64,000 bases of DNA from an uncultured delta proteobacterium. GTDB taxonomy: Bacteria > Desulfobacterota > Desulfomonilia > UBA1062. The notes under the pieces were generated by a model. It had not been told where the DNA came from. It was given only the letters and a program-made list of their open reading frames with translations, and did no database searches. The DNA is taken from NCBI GenBank assembly GCA_963752595.1, contig CAVVYZ010000002.1, positions 32,001 through 96,000 of the forward strand. Reading direction: 5' to 3'. How positions within the stretch are numbered: position 1 is the first letter of the stretch; the number at the start of each line of letters is the position of its first letter. The position numbers were made by a program, and so were the translations under genes. Below are positions 1 to 10,748 of the stretch, piece by piece.

Positions 1-1645
1 GGCCATGCTCCTCTCTCTGGGACTTGCAGACCGGATAAATACCATGAGGAAGCAGATCGCCGAGTCTCACAACAAGCTCATCGAAACCAATACCCGTCTC
101 GACGAAGAGCGTGAGCTTCTCTTCGTTACCCTGAAATGCATTGCGGACGGGGTGATCAGCACGAACCTCCAGGGCAAAATATTCCTGATGAACGCCGCAG
201 CAGAGCAGATCACGGGATACGCCGTAAGCCAGGCCGTCAGCAGGGACATCAGGGATGTTTTCAATCCGGTGAGCTGTACAGGGTCCATGCCCGATGTCAT
301 GAGGCTGATTCTCGAAAACAAGGGAGATGTCGACCTCTCCCGGGAAGATCTCATGATCCTCGACGGCGATATCATGCGCAATATCTCCTGCAACTGCTCT
401 CCCATCATGAACGCCGACAGCGAGATCGTAGGCATTGTCATTGTCTTTTGCGACATCACCCAGAAGCGCAAATACGAGGAAGAGATCATCAGGTCTTCGA
501 AGCTCGACGCCATCAGCACCCTTGCGGGGGGCATCGCCCATGATTTCAACAACGTGCTTACCGCAATCGTAGGAAATGTATCGCTTGCGAAGCTTAAAAC
601 CGAAGATCCCGAGTTTGTCTCCGGAATCCTTACGGATACGGAATCGGCAGCATACCGGGCAAAGGACCTCACCCAGCAGCTCCTGACATTCTCCAAGGGC
701 GGCGCACCCATAAAGGCCGTCTCGAACATCAAGGACCTTCTCAGAGAGGTAGTGTATTTCCACCTGAGCGGCTCCAATGTCAAGGTGGAGACCGATATCG
801 AAGAAGATCTCTGGAATGCCTCCATAGATGAAGGCCAGATGAGCCAGGTCATCGGCAACATCGTGATCAATGCAAAGCAGGCCATGCCTGAAGGCGGAAG
901 GATCTGGGTTACGGCAATGAATATCGTTGTGGCCTCGGATGACGGGATACGCGTTCCGGAAGGGCAATACTTGCGGATTTCCATACGTGATGAGGGATGC
1001 GGCATACCCCCCGAACACCTGGGCAGGATCTTCGATCCTTTCTATACGACCAAGCCGGAGGGAAACGGGCTGGGCCTTGCCAGCTCCATCTCGGTCATCA
1101 AGAATCACGACGGGAACGTAGAAGTCCTGTCGAGCCCGGGACAAGGAGCGGAATTCATTATCTACCTGCCTGCCACCGAAGAGAAGCCCCAGGAAGTATC
1201 CGGGCAGGAAGCTTTGATTGCACGGGGCAGCGGCCGTATCCTGTTCATGGATGATGAGGACTTTATCCTCAAATCCATCAGCGGCCTCATCAGGGCATTC
1301 GGATACGAGGTGGATTGCATCCATAACGGCTTCGAAGCAGTTATGGCATACCGGAATGCCATGGTTGCCGGCCGGCCGTACGACCTCGTCATCACCGATC
1401 TTACCATACCCGGCTCCATGGGCGGCAAGGACACTGCAGAGAAACTGATCGAGATGGATCCGAAGGTAAAGGTCATTGCAACGAGCGGCTACTCCAACGA
1501 CCCCATCATGTCCAGTTACCGGGCGTACGGTTTCCAGGATATCATCATAAAACCCTACTCGCTGAAGACGCTCTCAACGGTGATCGCAAGGGTTTTGGCT
1601 GCCGGAAGGATATTACAGGCCTCTGCCGCGGATTCAACTGCCTGA
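1..1645 (+). CDS. Hybrid sensor histidine kinase (PAS-HisKA-HATPase-REC), 5'-truncated by the window edge
   Basis: H-box LAGGIAHDFNN, G-boxes DEGCGI and GNGLGL, receiver ILFMDDE...DLVITD. The N-terminal LLSLGLADRI resembles the end of a 7TMR-DISM membrane domain, so the gene probably starts upstream. Confidence 0.9.
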   Translation, partial: AMLLSLGLADRINTMRKQIAESHNKLIETNTRLDEERELLFVTLKCIADGVISTNLQGKIFLMNAAAEQITGYAVSQAVSRDIRDVFNPVSCTGSMPDVMRLILENKGDVDLSREDLMILDGDIMRNISCNCSPIMNADSEIVGIVIVFCDITQKRKYEEEIIRSSKLDAISTLAGGIAHDFNNVLTAIVGNVSLAKLKTEDPEFVSGILTDTESAAYRAKDLTQQLLTFSKGGAPIKAVSNIKDLLREVVYFHLSGSNVKVETDIEEDLWNASIDEGQMSQVIGNIVINAKQAMPEGGRIWVTAMNIVVASDDGIRVPEGQYLRISIRDEGCGIPPEHLGRIFDPFYTTKPEGNGLGLASSISVIKNHDGNVEVLSSPGQGAEFIIYLPATEEKPQEVSGQEALIARGSGRILFMDDEDFILKSISGLIRAFGYEVDCIHNGFEAVMAYRNAMVAGRPYDLVITDLTIPGSMGGKDTAEKLIEMDPKVKVIATSGYSNDPIMSSYRAYGFQDIIIKPYSLKTLSTVIARVLAAGRILQASAADSTA

Positions 1646-1972
1646 CAAGTCCGCACAAGCACTAACCTTCGCAATCCAGCCGAATAATCACACCTGATAT
1701 GCATCACTGCTCCGAGGTCTCGCCCGTAGAGGATCAGTCATACAGCATTGCTTCTGCGTGTATTCCGGAAGCCGGAAGGTCATGATTGCAGAATAACTCA
1801 TATCCGAACTTGAAATTCTCAAGGGCATGATGTACGAAGAAAATGTAAATTAAATGTAAAAAAAAGTTTAAAGAAATTTAAATCTGCTTATCATGGAATG
1901 TATGATTGCACGGGAGTCGTTCTGATGAAAATGCCATTGCGCCGTGACGGCGATAGCGAGGGGGAAGAATCA

Positions 1973-4900
1973 ATGCGCGGGAGTATTCTCGGAATCGATA
2001 TCGGGTCCGTTTCCATCAGCGTTGTTGCGTTGAGGCCGGATAAAGGTGTTATTCGGACGGATTATCGCCTTCACCAGGGCAGGATCCGGGAAACGCTAGG
2101 CGAGATGCTCAAGGGGTTTGCTCTGCATGAAATTGCATCCATAGCCGCAACTGCCTCCACGCCAGGTTATATAAATGCTGCAAAGCGCTACGATAACCAG
2201 GTTGCCGTGATGAGCACCGCCCGGCATCTTCATGGCTCCGTGAGGTCGATTCTCAATGTGGGCGCGGAGAAATTCTCCCTGATCCTGTTCGATGAAAACG
2301 GGAACTACCACGCAGGCAAAACAAACACCTCCTGCGCCGCGGGCACCGGCAGCTTCCTCGACCAGCAGGCCCTGCGGCTCAATTTCAAAAACATCGGCGA
2401 CTTGAGCCTTGCCGCACTCCGGAACCTGAGGGATATCCCGAAGATCGCCTCGAGGTGCGCCGTCTTTGCCAAGACCGATCTCATCCATGCCCAGCAGGAA
2501 GGGTACTCCCTGGAAGAGATCTGCGATGGGCTCTGCCACGGCCTGGCTAGAAACATCGTGGACACGCTCTTCACCGGGGCCGACGTCAAAGGCACGATTA
2601 TCTTCTGCGGGGGCGTATCGAAAAACTGCGCAGTCAAAAAGCATATCGGAGCCCTGACAAGGGCAGAACTCACGGTTGATGATTTCTCCCCGGTCTACGG
2701 AGCTATGGGCGCGGCTTTACGGCTTCTCGAAGAAGGCTCATATCCGGAGATTTCCCTCACGCAGCCCGAAGACATTATCATAGCCCTCGAGCAGAAAAGA
2801 TCGTATGCCTTTGCAGGCCTCGACCTCAGGCAGTCTCAGTATCCGGATTTCTCCGGCGGGCAGCGGTATGTATACCGCATCGGATCAAGGACTGTCCCGG
2901 AGATCGTTGAGGTCGATGTGTACGATCCCTTGCCCGGCGGAGGACCCATTTATGCATTTTTCGGCGTGGATATCGGCTCCACGAGCACGAAGGCCGTTCT
3001 CACGGACAGCAGAAAAAATGTGCTCGCAGGGCTTTACACCAGGACCGCAGGTAGGCCCGTTGACGCCATGTGCGCGATTCTTGAAGCGCTCGACGACCTC
3101 GCGGCCCGCAAGCACCTCGATATTACCTTCCTGGGGTCAGGGACAACCGGTTCGGGCAGGAAGCTCATGGGCGGGATCATAGGTGCGGATCTGGTCATCG
3201 ATGAGATATCGGCACATGCGAGGGCGGCATATGAACTGAGCCCCGACGTGGATACGATCATCGAGATAGGCGGGCAGGATTCAAAGTTTACCACGCTGAA
3301 AAAAGGTATGGTGAACTTCTCGGTTATGAATACGGTCTGCGCTGCAGGCACGGGAAGTTTCATCGAGGAGCAGGCCCGGAAGATGGGCTGCCCGTTGAGC
3401 GAATACTCTCAACGGACCATGGGCATGCAGGCCCCGGCCTCCAGCAACCGGTGTACCGTATTCATGGAGCGGGACATGAGCTACCACCTTTCCGAGGGAT
3501 TTTCCGCTAATGAGGTGCTCGCTTCAGCCCTGCATTCGGTATGCGAAAACTATCTCACCAAGGTGGCGATCGAGAGCATGATCGGGGAAAAGATACTCTT
3601 CCAGGGCGCCACCGCAAAGAACAAGGCCCTTGTTGCGGCATTCGAGCAGCGCCTGAAAAAGCCCGTCACGGTCTCCAGGTTCTGCCATCTCACCGGAGCC
3701 CTGGGCGTTGCCCTCATGCTCGCAGATGAAAACGTGAAGGAGACGAAGTTCCACGGCCTTGGCCTCTACAAAAAACACATCCCGGTGCGGTCTGAGGTAT
3801 GCGGGATCTGTCCGAATCACTGCAAGCTCACCATTGCTTCCATTGAGGAAAAGAGCCTGGCCTATGGCTTCCTGTGCGGGAGAGACTACGAGACAAAAGG
3901 ATACGTGGACAACAACAGGTCAGGGTTCGACCTGCTCAAAGCAAGGGGAAAGGCGGCTTCCTTCCCAAAGGCCGAAACATGGTTGGAAGGGATCACCATC
4001 GGCATCCCTGCAGCGCTCCATCTCTATGAAGACCTGGAATTCTGGCAGTATTTCTTTAACAAGCTTTCCATCAGGACAGTTACGAGTGCAGCGTACCGGG
4101 ATGCCCTCAAAGAGGGACGGAACATTGCCGGCGCGGATTTTTGCGCACCGCTGACAGCCCTGCACGGTCATGTCCGGCATCTCATGGACCGGTGCGATTA
4201 CGTCTTCGCCCCGGTCTACCTCGAAGACAGGCAAAAGGAGAGGCATGTCCGCAGCCAATATTGCTATTATACGCAATACGCCCCGTCACTCGTGTCCGAA
4301 CCCGGGAAGCCTGAAGGGGAAAAAGTCCTCATGCCGCTCATCCAATATCTCTACAATCGTCTCCATACAAAGTACCAGCTGTACCACATACTCCGGAGGA
4401 TCACGGCAGATTCCGTGTCGTTTCTCGAAGTTTCCCAGGCCTATGACAAGGCATTGACCTACCGGGATGCAGCCCGGAAATCTATGCAGGACCTCTGTGC
4501 AAGGGAGATGGAAAACACCGAAGGTATCCAGGTCATGCTCCTTGGCAGGCCGTATACGGTGCTCAGCCCTTCCATGAACAAAGGGATCATAGATATCTTC
4601 GCATCAAAGGGCGTCAAGGTATTTTTCCAGGACATGCTCGATCCGGACGAGGATCTGCACGGCTTCGTGAAGCAGCTTGCCGACGATCTGCCCTGGAAGT
4701 ACGCATCGACCATACTCCGGAGCACCCAGTCCGTAGCGAAGAAAAAGGGCGTCTATCCTGTCCTCGTCACCTCGTTCCGCTGCTCGCCTGACTCGCTGGT
4801 GATGGAATATTTCAAGAAGCTCATGAATTCCCTTAACAAGCCCTACCTGATCCTCCAGCTCGATGAGCACGACTCGAGCGTGGGGTACGAGACCAGGATC

Positions 4901-6211
4901 GAGGCAGCCATCAGGTCGTTCACGAACCATTACGGGGAAGGCCTGCCCAAATCCCCTGATGTATTCACCGGCAGGATCCCCAGGAAGCTTCTTTCGGACA
5001 GGACACTCCTGATGCCCGACTGGGATCGTTTCTCATGCAGCCTCATTGCTGCGTCTCTCAGGGCGGAAGGCATGGATGCAAGGCTCCTCGAAGATACCCG
5101 GAGCGGGATACAGGAAGTGATGAGGCACAATTCCGGACAGTGCATCCCCATCAACATCATTGCCCAGGAGACGATCGATTACATAAAGAAATACCGTCTC
5201 GATCCGGCAAAATGCATGGTATGGATCGGCGGAGGCGAGATCGCCTGCAACCTGAAAGTCATTCCCCATCACATCAGGAATATCCTGGATGCATATGGGT
5301 CCGGCATGGAAAAGGTCGAGATCTACCAGGGCGAGGTCTTGTTCCTGGACATATCCGTCCGGGCCGCGATGGATGCATATTTTTCATTCATGTTCGGGGG
5401 CATGCTCCGGAAGATCGGCTGCAGGATGAGGCCCTACGAGAGAGAAGAAGGCTCGGTCGACAAAGCCCTGGACAAATGCTTGAGCCTTTTCATCGATGCA
5501 TTTTCAGGGGGCGGGTCCAAGGAGGATGCCCTGGTCAAGGCCGTGGACCTCCTGAAAAGGATTCCCTTGTCTCAGGAATACAGGCCCAAGGTAGCCATCT
5601 TCGGAGATCTCTATGTGAGAGACAATGATGCCGCAAATCAGGACCTCATCCGGTATATCGAAAAGTGCGGGGCAGAGGTCATTACCACGCCGTACAGCAC
5701 CTATGCCAAGATGATTGCGAGCCCGTATTTCAAAAAATGGATCAAGGAGGGCAAATACCTTCATACCCTCTCTGCCGGTGCGATGTTCATGGCAATGACT
5801 GCTCTGGAAAAGAGGTATGAACGTCACTTCCAGAGCCTGCTGGGCGAGCATGGGCAAGAGTTCAACGATTCTCAGGCAGAAATCCTGGCGCAGTATAACC
5901 TCCTTCCCGAACATACCGGTGAATCGATGGATAACATATTGAAGATCCACTACATCAAAAAACACTATCCGGATGTATCGCTTTTTGTCCATACCAGCCC
6001 GGCGTTCTGCTGCCCGGCCCTGATTACCGAGGCCATGGCCGGGCGGATAGAGGAAGTTACCGGTGTGCCGGTGGTATGCGTAACATATGACGGCACCTTC
6101 GGAGACAAGAATGCCGCCGTCATCCCCTATCTCGCCTTTCCGAAGGAGCGATGGCCGGACAATTCTGCAAAGGATCGTCGACACTCCATCACCATGAGGA
6201 CCTTTTTTTAA
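1973..6211 (+). CDS. Fused double ASKHA (BadF/BcrA-type) activase plus DUF2229/dehydratase-like domains; PlsA/Ger-like architecture
   Basis: Two GxDIGS ATPase motifs, two CAAGTGSF and SxCxVF Fe-S motifs, a CxxCxxxC linker, and C-terminal GRPY, SFRCSPDS, LQLDEH, GDLYVR and PAFCCP motifs. The ATG at 1973 follows GAGGGGG. Confidence 0.85.
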   Translation: MRGSILGIDIGSVSISVVALRPDKGVIRTDYRLHQGRIRETLGEMLKGFALHEIASIAATASTPGYINAAKRYDNQVAVMSTARHLHGSVRSILNVGAEKFSLILFDENGNYHAGKTNTSCAAGTGSFLDQQALRLNFKNIGDLSLAALRNLRDIPKIASRCAVFAKTDLIHAQQEGYSLEEICDGLCHGLARNIVDTLFTGADVKGTIIFCGGVSKNCAVKKHIGALTRAELTVDDFSPVYGAMGAALRLLEEGSYPEISLTQPEDIIIALEQKRSYAFAGLDLRQSQYPDFSGGQRYVYRIGSRTVPEIVEVDVYDPLPGGGPIYAFFGVDIGSTSTKAVLTDSRKNVLAGLYTRTAGRPVDAMCAILEALDDLAARKHLDITFLGSGTTGSGRKLMGGIIGADLVIDEISAHARAAYELSPDVDTIIEIGGQDSKFTTLKKGMVNFSVMNTVCAAGTGSFIEEQARKMGCPLSEYSQRTMGMQAPASSNRCTVFMERDMSYHLSEGFSANEVLASALHSVCENYLTKVAIESMIGEKILFQGATAKNKALVAAFEQRLKKPVTVSRFCHLTGALGVALMLADENVKETKFHGLGLYKKHIPVRSEVCGICPNHCKLTIASIEEKSLAYGFLCGRDYETKGYVDNNRSGFDLLKARGKAASFPKAETWLEGITIGIPAALHLYEDLEFWQYFFNKLSIRTVTSAAYRDALKEGRNIAGADFCAPLTALHGHVRHLMDRCDYVFAPVYLEDRQKERHVRSQYCYYTQYAPSLVSEPGKPEGEKVLMPLIQYLYNRLHTKYQLYHILRRITADSVSFLEVSQAYDKALTYRDAARKSMQDLCAREMENTEGIQVMLLGRPYTVLSPSMNKGIIDIFASKGVKVFFQDMLDPDEDLHGFVKQLADDLPWKYASTILRSTQSVAKKKGVYPVLVTSFRCSPDSLVMEYFKKLMNSLNKPYLILQLDEHDSSVGYETRIEAAIRSFTNHYGEGLPKSPDVFTGRIPRKLLSDRTLLMPDWDRFSCSLIAASLRAEGMDARLLEDTRSGIQEVMRHNSGQCIPINIIAQETIDYIKKYRLDPAKCMVWIGGGEIACNLKVIPHHIRNILDAYGSGMEKVEIYQGEVLFLDISVRAAMDAYFSFMFGGMLRKIGCRMRPYEREEGSVDKALDKCLSLFIDAFSGGGSKEDALVKAVDLLKRIPLSQEYRPKVAIFGDLYVRDNDAANQDLIRYIEKCGAEVITTPYSTYAKMIASPYFKKWIKEGKYLHTLSAGAMFMAMTALEKRYERHFQSLLGEHGQEFNDSQAEILAQYNLLPEHTGESMDNILKIHYIKKHYPDVSLFVHTSPAFCCPALITEAMAGRIEEVTGVPVVCVTYDGTFGDKNAAVIPYLAFPKERWPDNSAKDRRHSITMRTFF

Positions 6212-6293
6212 ATGATTATCCAGCCTTGGATTTTTATATTTTAATGGTATAATTTGATTAGATACCTTAACTTTTCCTGTGAAGGGAGGTGGC

Positions 6294-7277
6294 ATGAAAC
6301 AGGTCGTCCTATCCTTGGCCCCGCTTCCTGCCGAACTGGTGAAAGCCCTGATCCTGCAGACGGTAGGCGTCCCGGATTTCGATGTCGTGTCCGGGCATGA
6401 GATGAGCAGGGAAGAGCTCACCGAGGCCCTGGCCGGGGCGGATGTCGTCCTGGGGGATTATACCTTCAAACAGGGGATCGTTGAAGCAGTTCTGGGCAGA
6501 GCCGGCTCGATTAAGCTCATCCAGCAGCCGAGCGTCGGCTACCAGCACATTGATATCAAGGCATGTTCCGCAAGGAGATTCAAGGTAGCCAATACGCCGG
6601 GTGCCAATACCACCAGCGTTGCCGAACATACGATAGCGTGGGGCTTGTGCCTCCTCAGGAATATCTTTGCCTCGCAGCAGAGTATGAAAGAGGGAAGGTG
6701 GGAGCAGATGTCCGTCAAGCCGGTGGAGCTTGCAGGCAAGATCTGGGGTCTGGCCGGGTTCGGGCAGATAGGAAAGGCAGTAGCAATGAGGCTGAAACCT
6801 TTCGGGCTCGGCAGGGTGGTCTACAGCGACATCGTTCGCGCCGATGCGGAGACCGAGGACCAGTACGGCGTGGAATACTGTTCGCTACCGGATCTATGGA
6901 AGCTCTCCGATATCATCAGCATCCATGTACCGCTCACCGACGCCACCAGGAACCTCATAGGAAAAAACGAGATCAATGCCATGAAGCCTTCCTCATACCT
7001 CATCAATGTTGCGCGGGGAGGGATCGTCGATGAAGAGGCACTTGCCGAAGCGCTTCGGAACGGGCGGATTGCCGGTGCCGCGGTCGATGTTTTTTCCGAA
7101 GAGCCCGTTTCTCCCACCAACCCCCTGCTCAGGATACCGGGAAACAAGGTGCTGCTCTCGCCCCATGTCGCAGGGGTATCGAACGAGGCAGCGGGCAGGA
7201 TCATCAATATGGCCACGAGCAACGTCGCAAAGGTTCTCAAGGGCGAAGAGCCGCTCTATATCATCAACCCGAGTTAA
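6294..7277 (+). CDS. D-isomer specific 2-hydroxyacid dehydrogenase
   Basis: GFGQIG Rossmann motif, INVARGGIVDE, DVFSEEP, SPHVAG; GGAGG RBS. Confidence 0.92.
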   Translation: MKQVVLSLAPLPAELVKALILQTVGVPDFDVVSGHEMSREELTEALAGADVVLGDYTFKQGIVEAVLGRAGSIKLIQQPSVGYQHIDIKACSARRFKVANTPGANTTSVAEHTIAWGLCLLRNIFASQQSMKEGRWEQMSVKPVELAGKIWGLAGFGQIGKAVAMRLKPFGLGRVVYSDIVRADAETEDQYGVEYCSLPDLWKLSDIISIHVPLTDATRNLIGKNEINAMKPSSYLINVARGGIVDEEALAEALRNGRIAGAAVDVFSEEPVSPTNPLLRIPGNKVLLSPHVAGVSNEAAGRIINMATSNVAKVLKGEEPLYIINPS

Positions 7278-7292
7278 TGAGAGGATGAGCCC

Positions 7293-8831
7293 ATGAATGG
7301 AGCCGAACTCCTGATCAGGACAGCCCTGGAACAAGGGATCGAGGTGTGTTTTGCAAATCCCGGCACCACCGAGATGCCGGTCGTCGAGGCATTGGATACC
7401 GTCCCGGGGATAAGGCCTGTCCTGGGTTTGTTCGAAGGGGTCTGCACCGGCGCAGCAGACGGCTACGGCCGCATGACCGGGAAGCCTGCCATGGTGCTGC
7501 TGCACCTGGGGCCGGGCCTCGCAAACGGGATCTCGAACCTCCATAACGCCCGCAGGGCCCGGACGCCCGTGTTCGTCGTGGTGGGCGAGCATGCCACCTG
7601 GCACAGGGGCTACGACCCGCCGCTTGCCATGGACATCGAAGCACTGGCAGGCACTTTCTCCGGCTGGTACAAGACGACTGCTGATGTGCGTGATATCAGG
7701 CAACACGCGGCAGAGGCCGTATCCATGAGCTTGTCAGGCCGGATTTCAACACTGATCCTTCCTTACGATCTTCAGCTCGACGAGGTGGATGGGAGCGATA
7801 GCGAGGCGGCTTCCGCCGATGTGAAACCCGTGGACGAAAAGTCAGTCGACAAGGCAGCAAGGATGCTTCAGGCAGGAAGCAAGACAGCCCTCGTGCTCGG
7901 GGGCAGAGCCCTGGGGCGGGAGGGGCTCATGAAAGCCGCCCGGATCAAAGCCGCCTGCGGATGCGACCTGATAGCCGAGACCTTCCCGGCATGCATGGAG
8001 CGGGGTGCAGGGCTGCCGGATGTTCCGAGGATCCCTTACCTGCCGGAGATGGCCATCGGCATGCTTAAGCCCTACAACGCCCTTATCTTCGCCGGAACCC
8101 GGAAGCCGGTTTCCTTTTTCGGCTATAAAAATGTACCGGGCAGCCTTCTGGATACAAGCCAGGAAACGTTCAGCATCGGGGAGGACGGTACGGATATCCT
8201 TGCCGTTCTGGAGTCCCTGGCCGATAGGCTCGGCGCTCCTTCTTCGCCTCCCCGTGAGCTTCTTGCAGAGGCCTCCGTCATGCCGCTTCCCCGAGGGCCC
8301 TTAAGCGGGGATAAGATCTGCACGGTGCTTGCCGCTCTCCAGCCTGAAGGCGCAATCGTCGTGGAGGAGGCAATTACCAACAGCCTGTTTTATCATCCGC
8401 TCTCGGCAGGGGCGAAGCCCTTTACCCTGCTTACGCTGACAGGCGGGTCTCTCGGTCAGGGACCGGCTTGTGCGGTAGGTGCCGCCATTGCATGCCCGGA
8501 AAGGCAGGTGATCAATTTCCAGGCTGACGGCGCCGCCCTGTATACCCTCCAGTCCCTATGGACCCAGGCAAAGGAAGGCTTGAACGTGATCACGCTGATC
8601 TGCTCGAACCGGAGCTACGATATCCTCAAGCTCGAGCTCACGAGGCTGGGCATCTTCCAGCCGGGTGTGGCCGCCTCAAGGCTCATGGACCTGTCCACCG
8701 TGAACTGGGTACGGGTAGCGGAAGGCATGGGCGTGCCTTCGGTCGCGGTGAGCACTGCTGAGGATCTTGGCCGGGAGCTTTCCCTGGCCTTGCAGGAAAA
8801 GGGGCCGAAGCTGATCGAGATAATTCTCTGA
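7293..8831 (+). CDS. ThDP-dependent enzyme (acetolactate synthase large subunit / benzoylformate decarboxylase-like)
   Basis: FANPGTTE, GLFEGVCTGAADGYGR, LHLGPG and an ADGAALY...CSN ThDP motif. Confidence 0.88.
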   Translation: MNGAELLIRTALEQGIEVCFANPGTTEMPVVEALDTVPGIRPVLGLFEGVCTGAADGYGRMTGKPAMVLLHLGPGLANGISNLHNARRARTPVFVVVGEHATWHRGYDPPLAMDIEALAGTFSGWYKTTADVRDIRQHAAEAVSMSLSGRISTLILPYDLQLDEVDGSDSEAASADVKPVDEKSVDKAARMLQAGSKTALVLGGRALGREGLMKAARIKAACGCDLIAETFPACMERGAGLPDVPRIPYLPEMAIGMLKPYNALIFAGTRKPVSFFGYKNVPGSLLDTSQETFSIGEDGTDILAVLESLADRLGAPSSPPRELLAEASVMPLPRGPLSGDKICTVLAALQPEGAIVVEEAITNSLFYHPLSAGAKPFTLLTLTGGSLGQGPACAVGAAIACPERQVINFQADGAALYTLQSLWTQAKEGLNVITLICSNRSYDILKLELTRLGIFQPGVAASRLMDLSTVNWVRVAEGMGVPSVAVSTAEDLGRELSLALQEKGPKLIEIIL

Positions 8832-9061
8832 TTGCCCAAAAGAGGTGCCTTATGTAGGGCCTTTGGATGGTAAGCAGATCCCTGCATGCAATCCGTGCAG
8901 GAATATCGGGATAAGCTGTATTGTTTTATGATGCTGCCCCACTATTATAAACCTCAGACACCTTCCTCGGATGAATCACAGTACTCTATGCCAAGAACGT
9001 CCTGTAGATCCCGTTGAAGCAAAAACAAAGTCTCATCTCTGCAAAAAAATGGAGGCAGTAC

Positions 9062-9367
9062 ATGAACATTTATGTAGGAAACTTGTCATATGAAGTTACC
9101 GATGATGATCTGCTCAAGTCTTTCAAGGCATTCGGTGATGTGACATCGGCGAATGTGGTCATGGATAGATCGACCGGTTCTCCACGCGGGTTCGGATTCG
9201 TTGAAATGTCTTCCAAGGAATCCGCCCTGGCAGCCATTTCGGGATTAAACGGGACCATGCTGAAAGGACGGTCTATTAATGTGAACGAGGCCCGCCCCCG
9301 TCAGAACAGCTTCAGCAGCAGGGGAGGGAGCGGAAGATTCGGCGGTGGCGGCGGAAGGCGTTATTAG
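9062..9367 (+). CDS. RRM RNA-binding protein with Gly-rich tail
   Basis: RNP2 IYVGNL, RNP1 RGFGFVEM, VNEARPR; GGAGG RBS. Confidence 0.95.
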   Translation: MNIYVGNLSYEVTDDDLLKSFKAFGDVTSANVVMDRSTGSPRGFGFVEMSSKESALAAISGLNGTMLKGRSINVNEARPRQNSFSSRGGSGRFGGGGGRRY

Positions 9368-9395
9368 CCTCCCAAGGCCTCATACAATCTCACCG

Positions 9396-9415
9396 GTACC
9401 CGTTCCTACGGGTAC
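9396..9415 (+). terminator. Hairpin downstream of the RRM gene
   Basis: GTACCCGT-tcct-ACGGGTAC perfect 8-bp stem; no strong U-tract. Confidence 0.45.
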
Positions 9416-9682
9416 TGCATCCTTACGGATCATCTTTTCCAGTAAGGGCTGGAAGAGGAAGCTCAGGACATCCTTGATCCGCACCCGATATGCATTGCTG
9501 CCCGGTTCCATACTGAGAATCCGGGATTGAAAGTCTCCGGCGCCGGGATGGTTTATCGCCAGAATGCTGTTTTTGTAATTATGTGGATCTTTTAGGAAAA
9601 AAATATTGACTAATCCCGAATGCTCTGGCAATTAATTTAACAGTCGTTAAGGTGTCATCCATATCCGGAAAAAAGGCAAGAT

Positions 9683-10702
9683 ATGAATAAACGCCGGAGG
9701 ATGAAAGCGCGATACCGCCGCTTTTCATTCCTGTCGGATATCGAAGGAATGAAAAATGCCTTGGGCGAGATGCGCGGATTGTTCTTTCCCAGGCAACCCA
9801 TTCTGAACCGACAAGCCTTGATGAGCGTTCCCGGCTCCATGCCGGATGAGCAGTGGTTCGTCCGGACCATCAGAGACAAGATCGCGAACCATCCCGAAAA
9901 CGCCATGGAGTACCCGTTTTACGGTGAACCCATATATGCGGAGCCGCTGGTCGGATTCGTCCGGGGCAGCGACCCCATTTTCGATCGGTTCAAGGAAGTC
10001 ATTGGGCCGCACCACTTCACCCCCTGGGAAATCATGAAATGGCAGGCCCGGAACAACGGCGTCGAGCCGCCCGAGCCTGATGATATCAGCGTTGTCTCTT
10101 TTGTCATGCCGGTCACGCACAAAACCAAACAGGACAATGCCTCGGCCGCAGACTGGGTTTCGGAACGGTGGGCTCAGAGCCGTCTGCTGGGAGAGATCTT
10201 CAGCCAGTCTCTGGTGCGTGACATCGTGACCGGCCTCATGAATCAGGGGATCCTGGCCGTGTCGCCGGACGTGACGCCCATGTTCAACAAGAAGCGTTAT
10301 CCCAAGGCGGGATGGGCTTCCCCCTGGTCTCACCGGCATGTCGCCTATGCTGCAGGGCTCGGCACCTTCGGGATGCATGACTTCCTGATTACGGAAAAAG
10401 GCTGTGCGCACCGCCTCGGCAGCTTTGTAGTCAACCTGAAGCTCGAACCCGACCGGAAGCGTCCGGACGACATCCATGCTTTCTGCCTTCACCATCAGGG
10501 TATTCAGTGCCTGAAATGTGCGAAGCGTTGTCCGGCGAATGCGATCACCAGGGAAAAGGCTCACGACAAGGAGGCCTGCTATCAAAGGGTTGCCGCTTCC
10601 CTGAAGCACTGCAACACAAAGTATCATATCTTCATTTACGGATGCGGCCTTTGTGCCGCCGGTGTGCCGTGTGAATCCGGTATTCCGGAAGCATTACGTT
10701 AG
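9683..10702 (+). CDS. QueG/reductive-dehalogenase-like 4Fe-4S protein (true start probably 9821 or 9839)
   Basis: WSHRHVAYAAGLGTFG, RLGSFV, CLKCAKRCP and CGLC...PC motifs. Confidence 0.8.
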   Translation: MNKRRRMKARYRRFSFLSDIEGMKNALGEMRGLFFPRQPILNRQALMSVPGSMPDEQWFVRTIRDKIANHPENAMEYPFYGEPIYAEPLVGFVRGSDPIFDRFKEVIGPHHFTPWEIMKWQARNNGVEPPEPDDISVVSFVMPVTHKTKQDNASAADWVSERWAQSRLLGEIFSQSLVRDIVTGLMNQGILAVSPDVTPMFNKKRYPKAGWASPWSHRHVAYAAGLGTFGMHDFLITEKGCAHRLGSFVVNLKLEPDRKRPDDIHAFCLHHQGIQCLKCAKRCPANAITREKAHDKEACYQRVAASLKHCNTKYHIFIYGCGLCAAGVPCESGIPEALR

Positions 10703-10748
10703 TGATGAGATTACTGCTTACAGGATTTATCCAGAGGGGACTAAAGAC

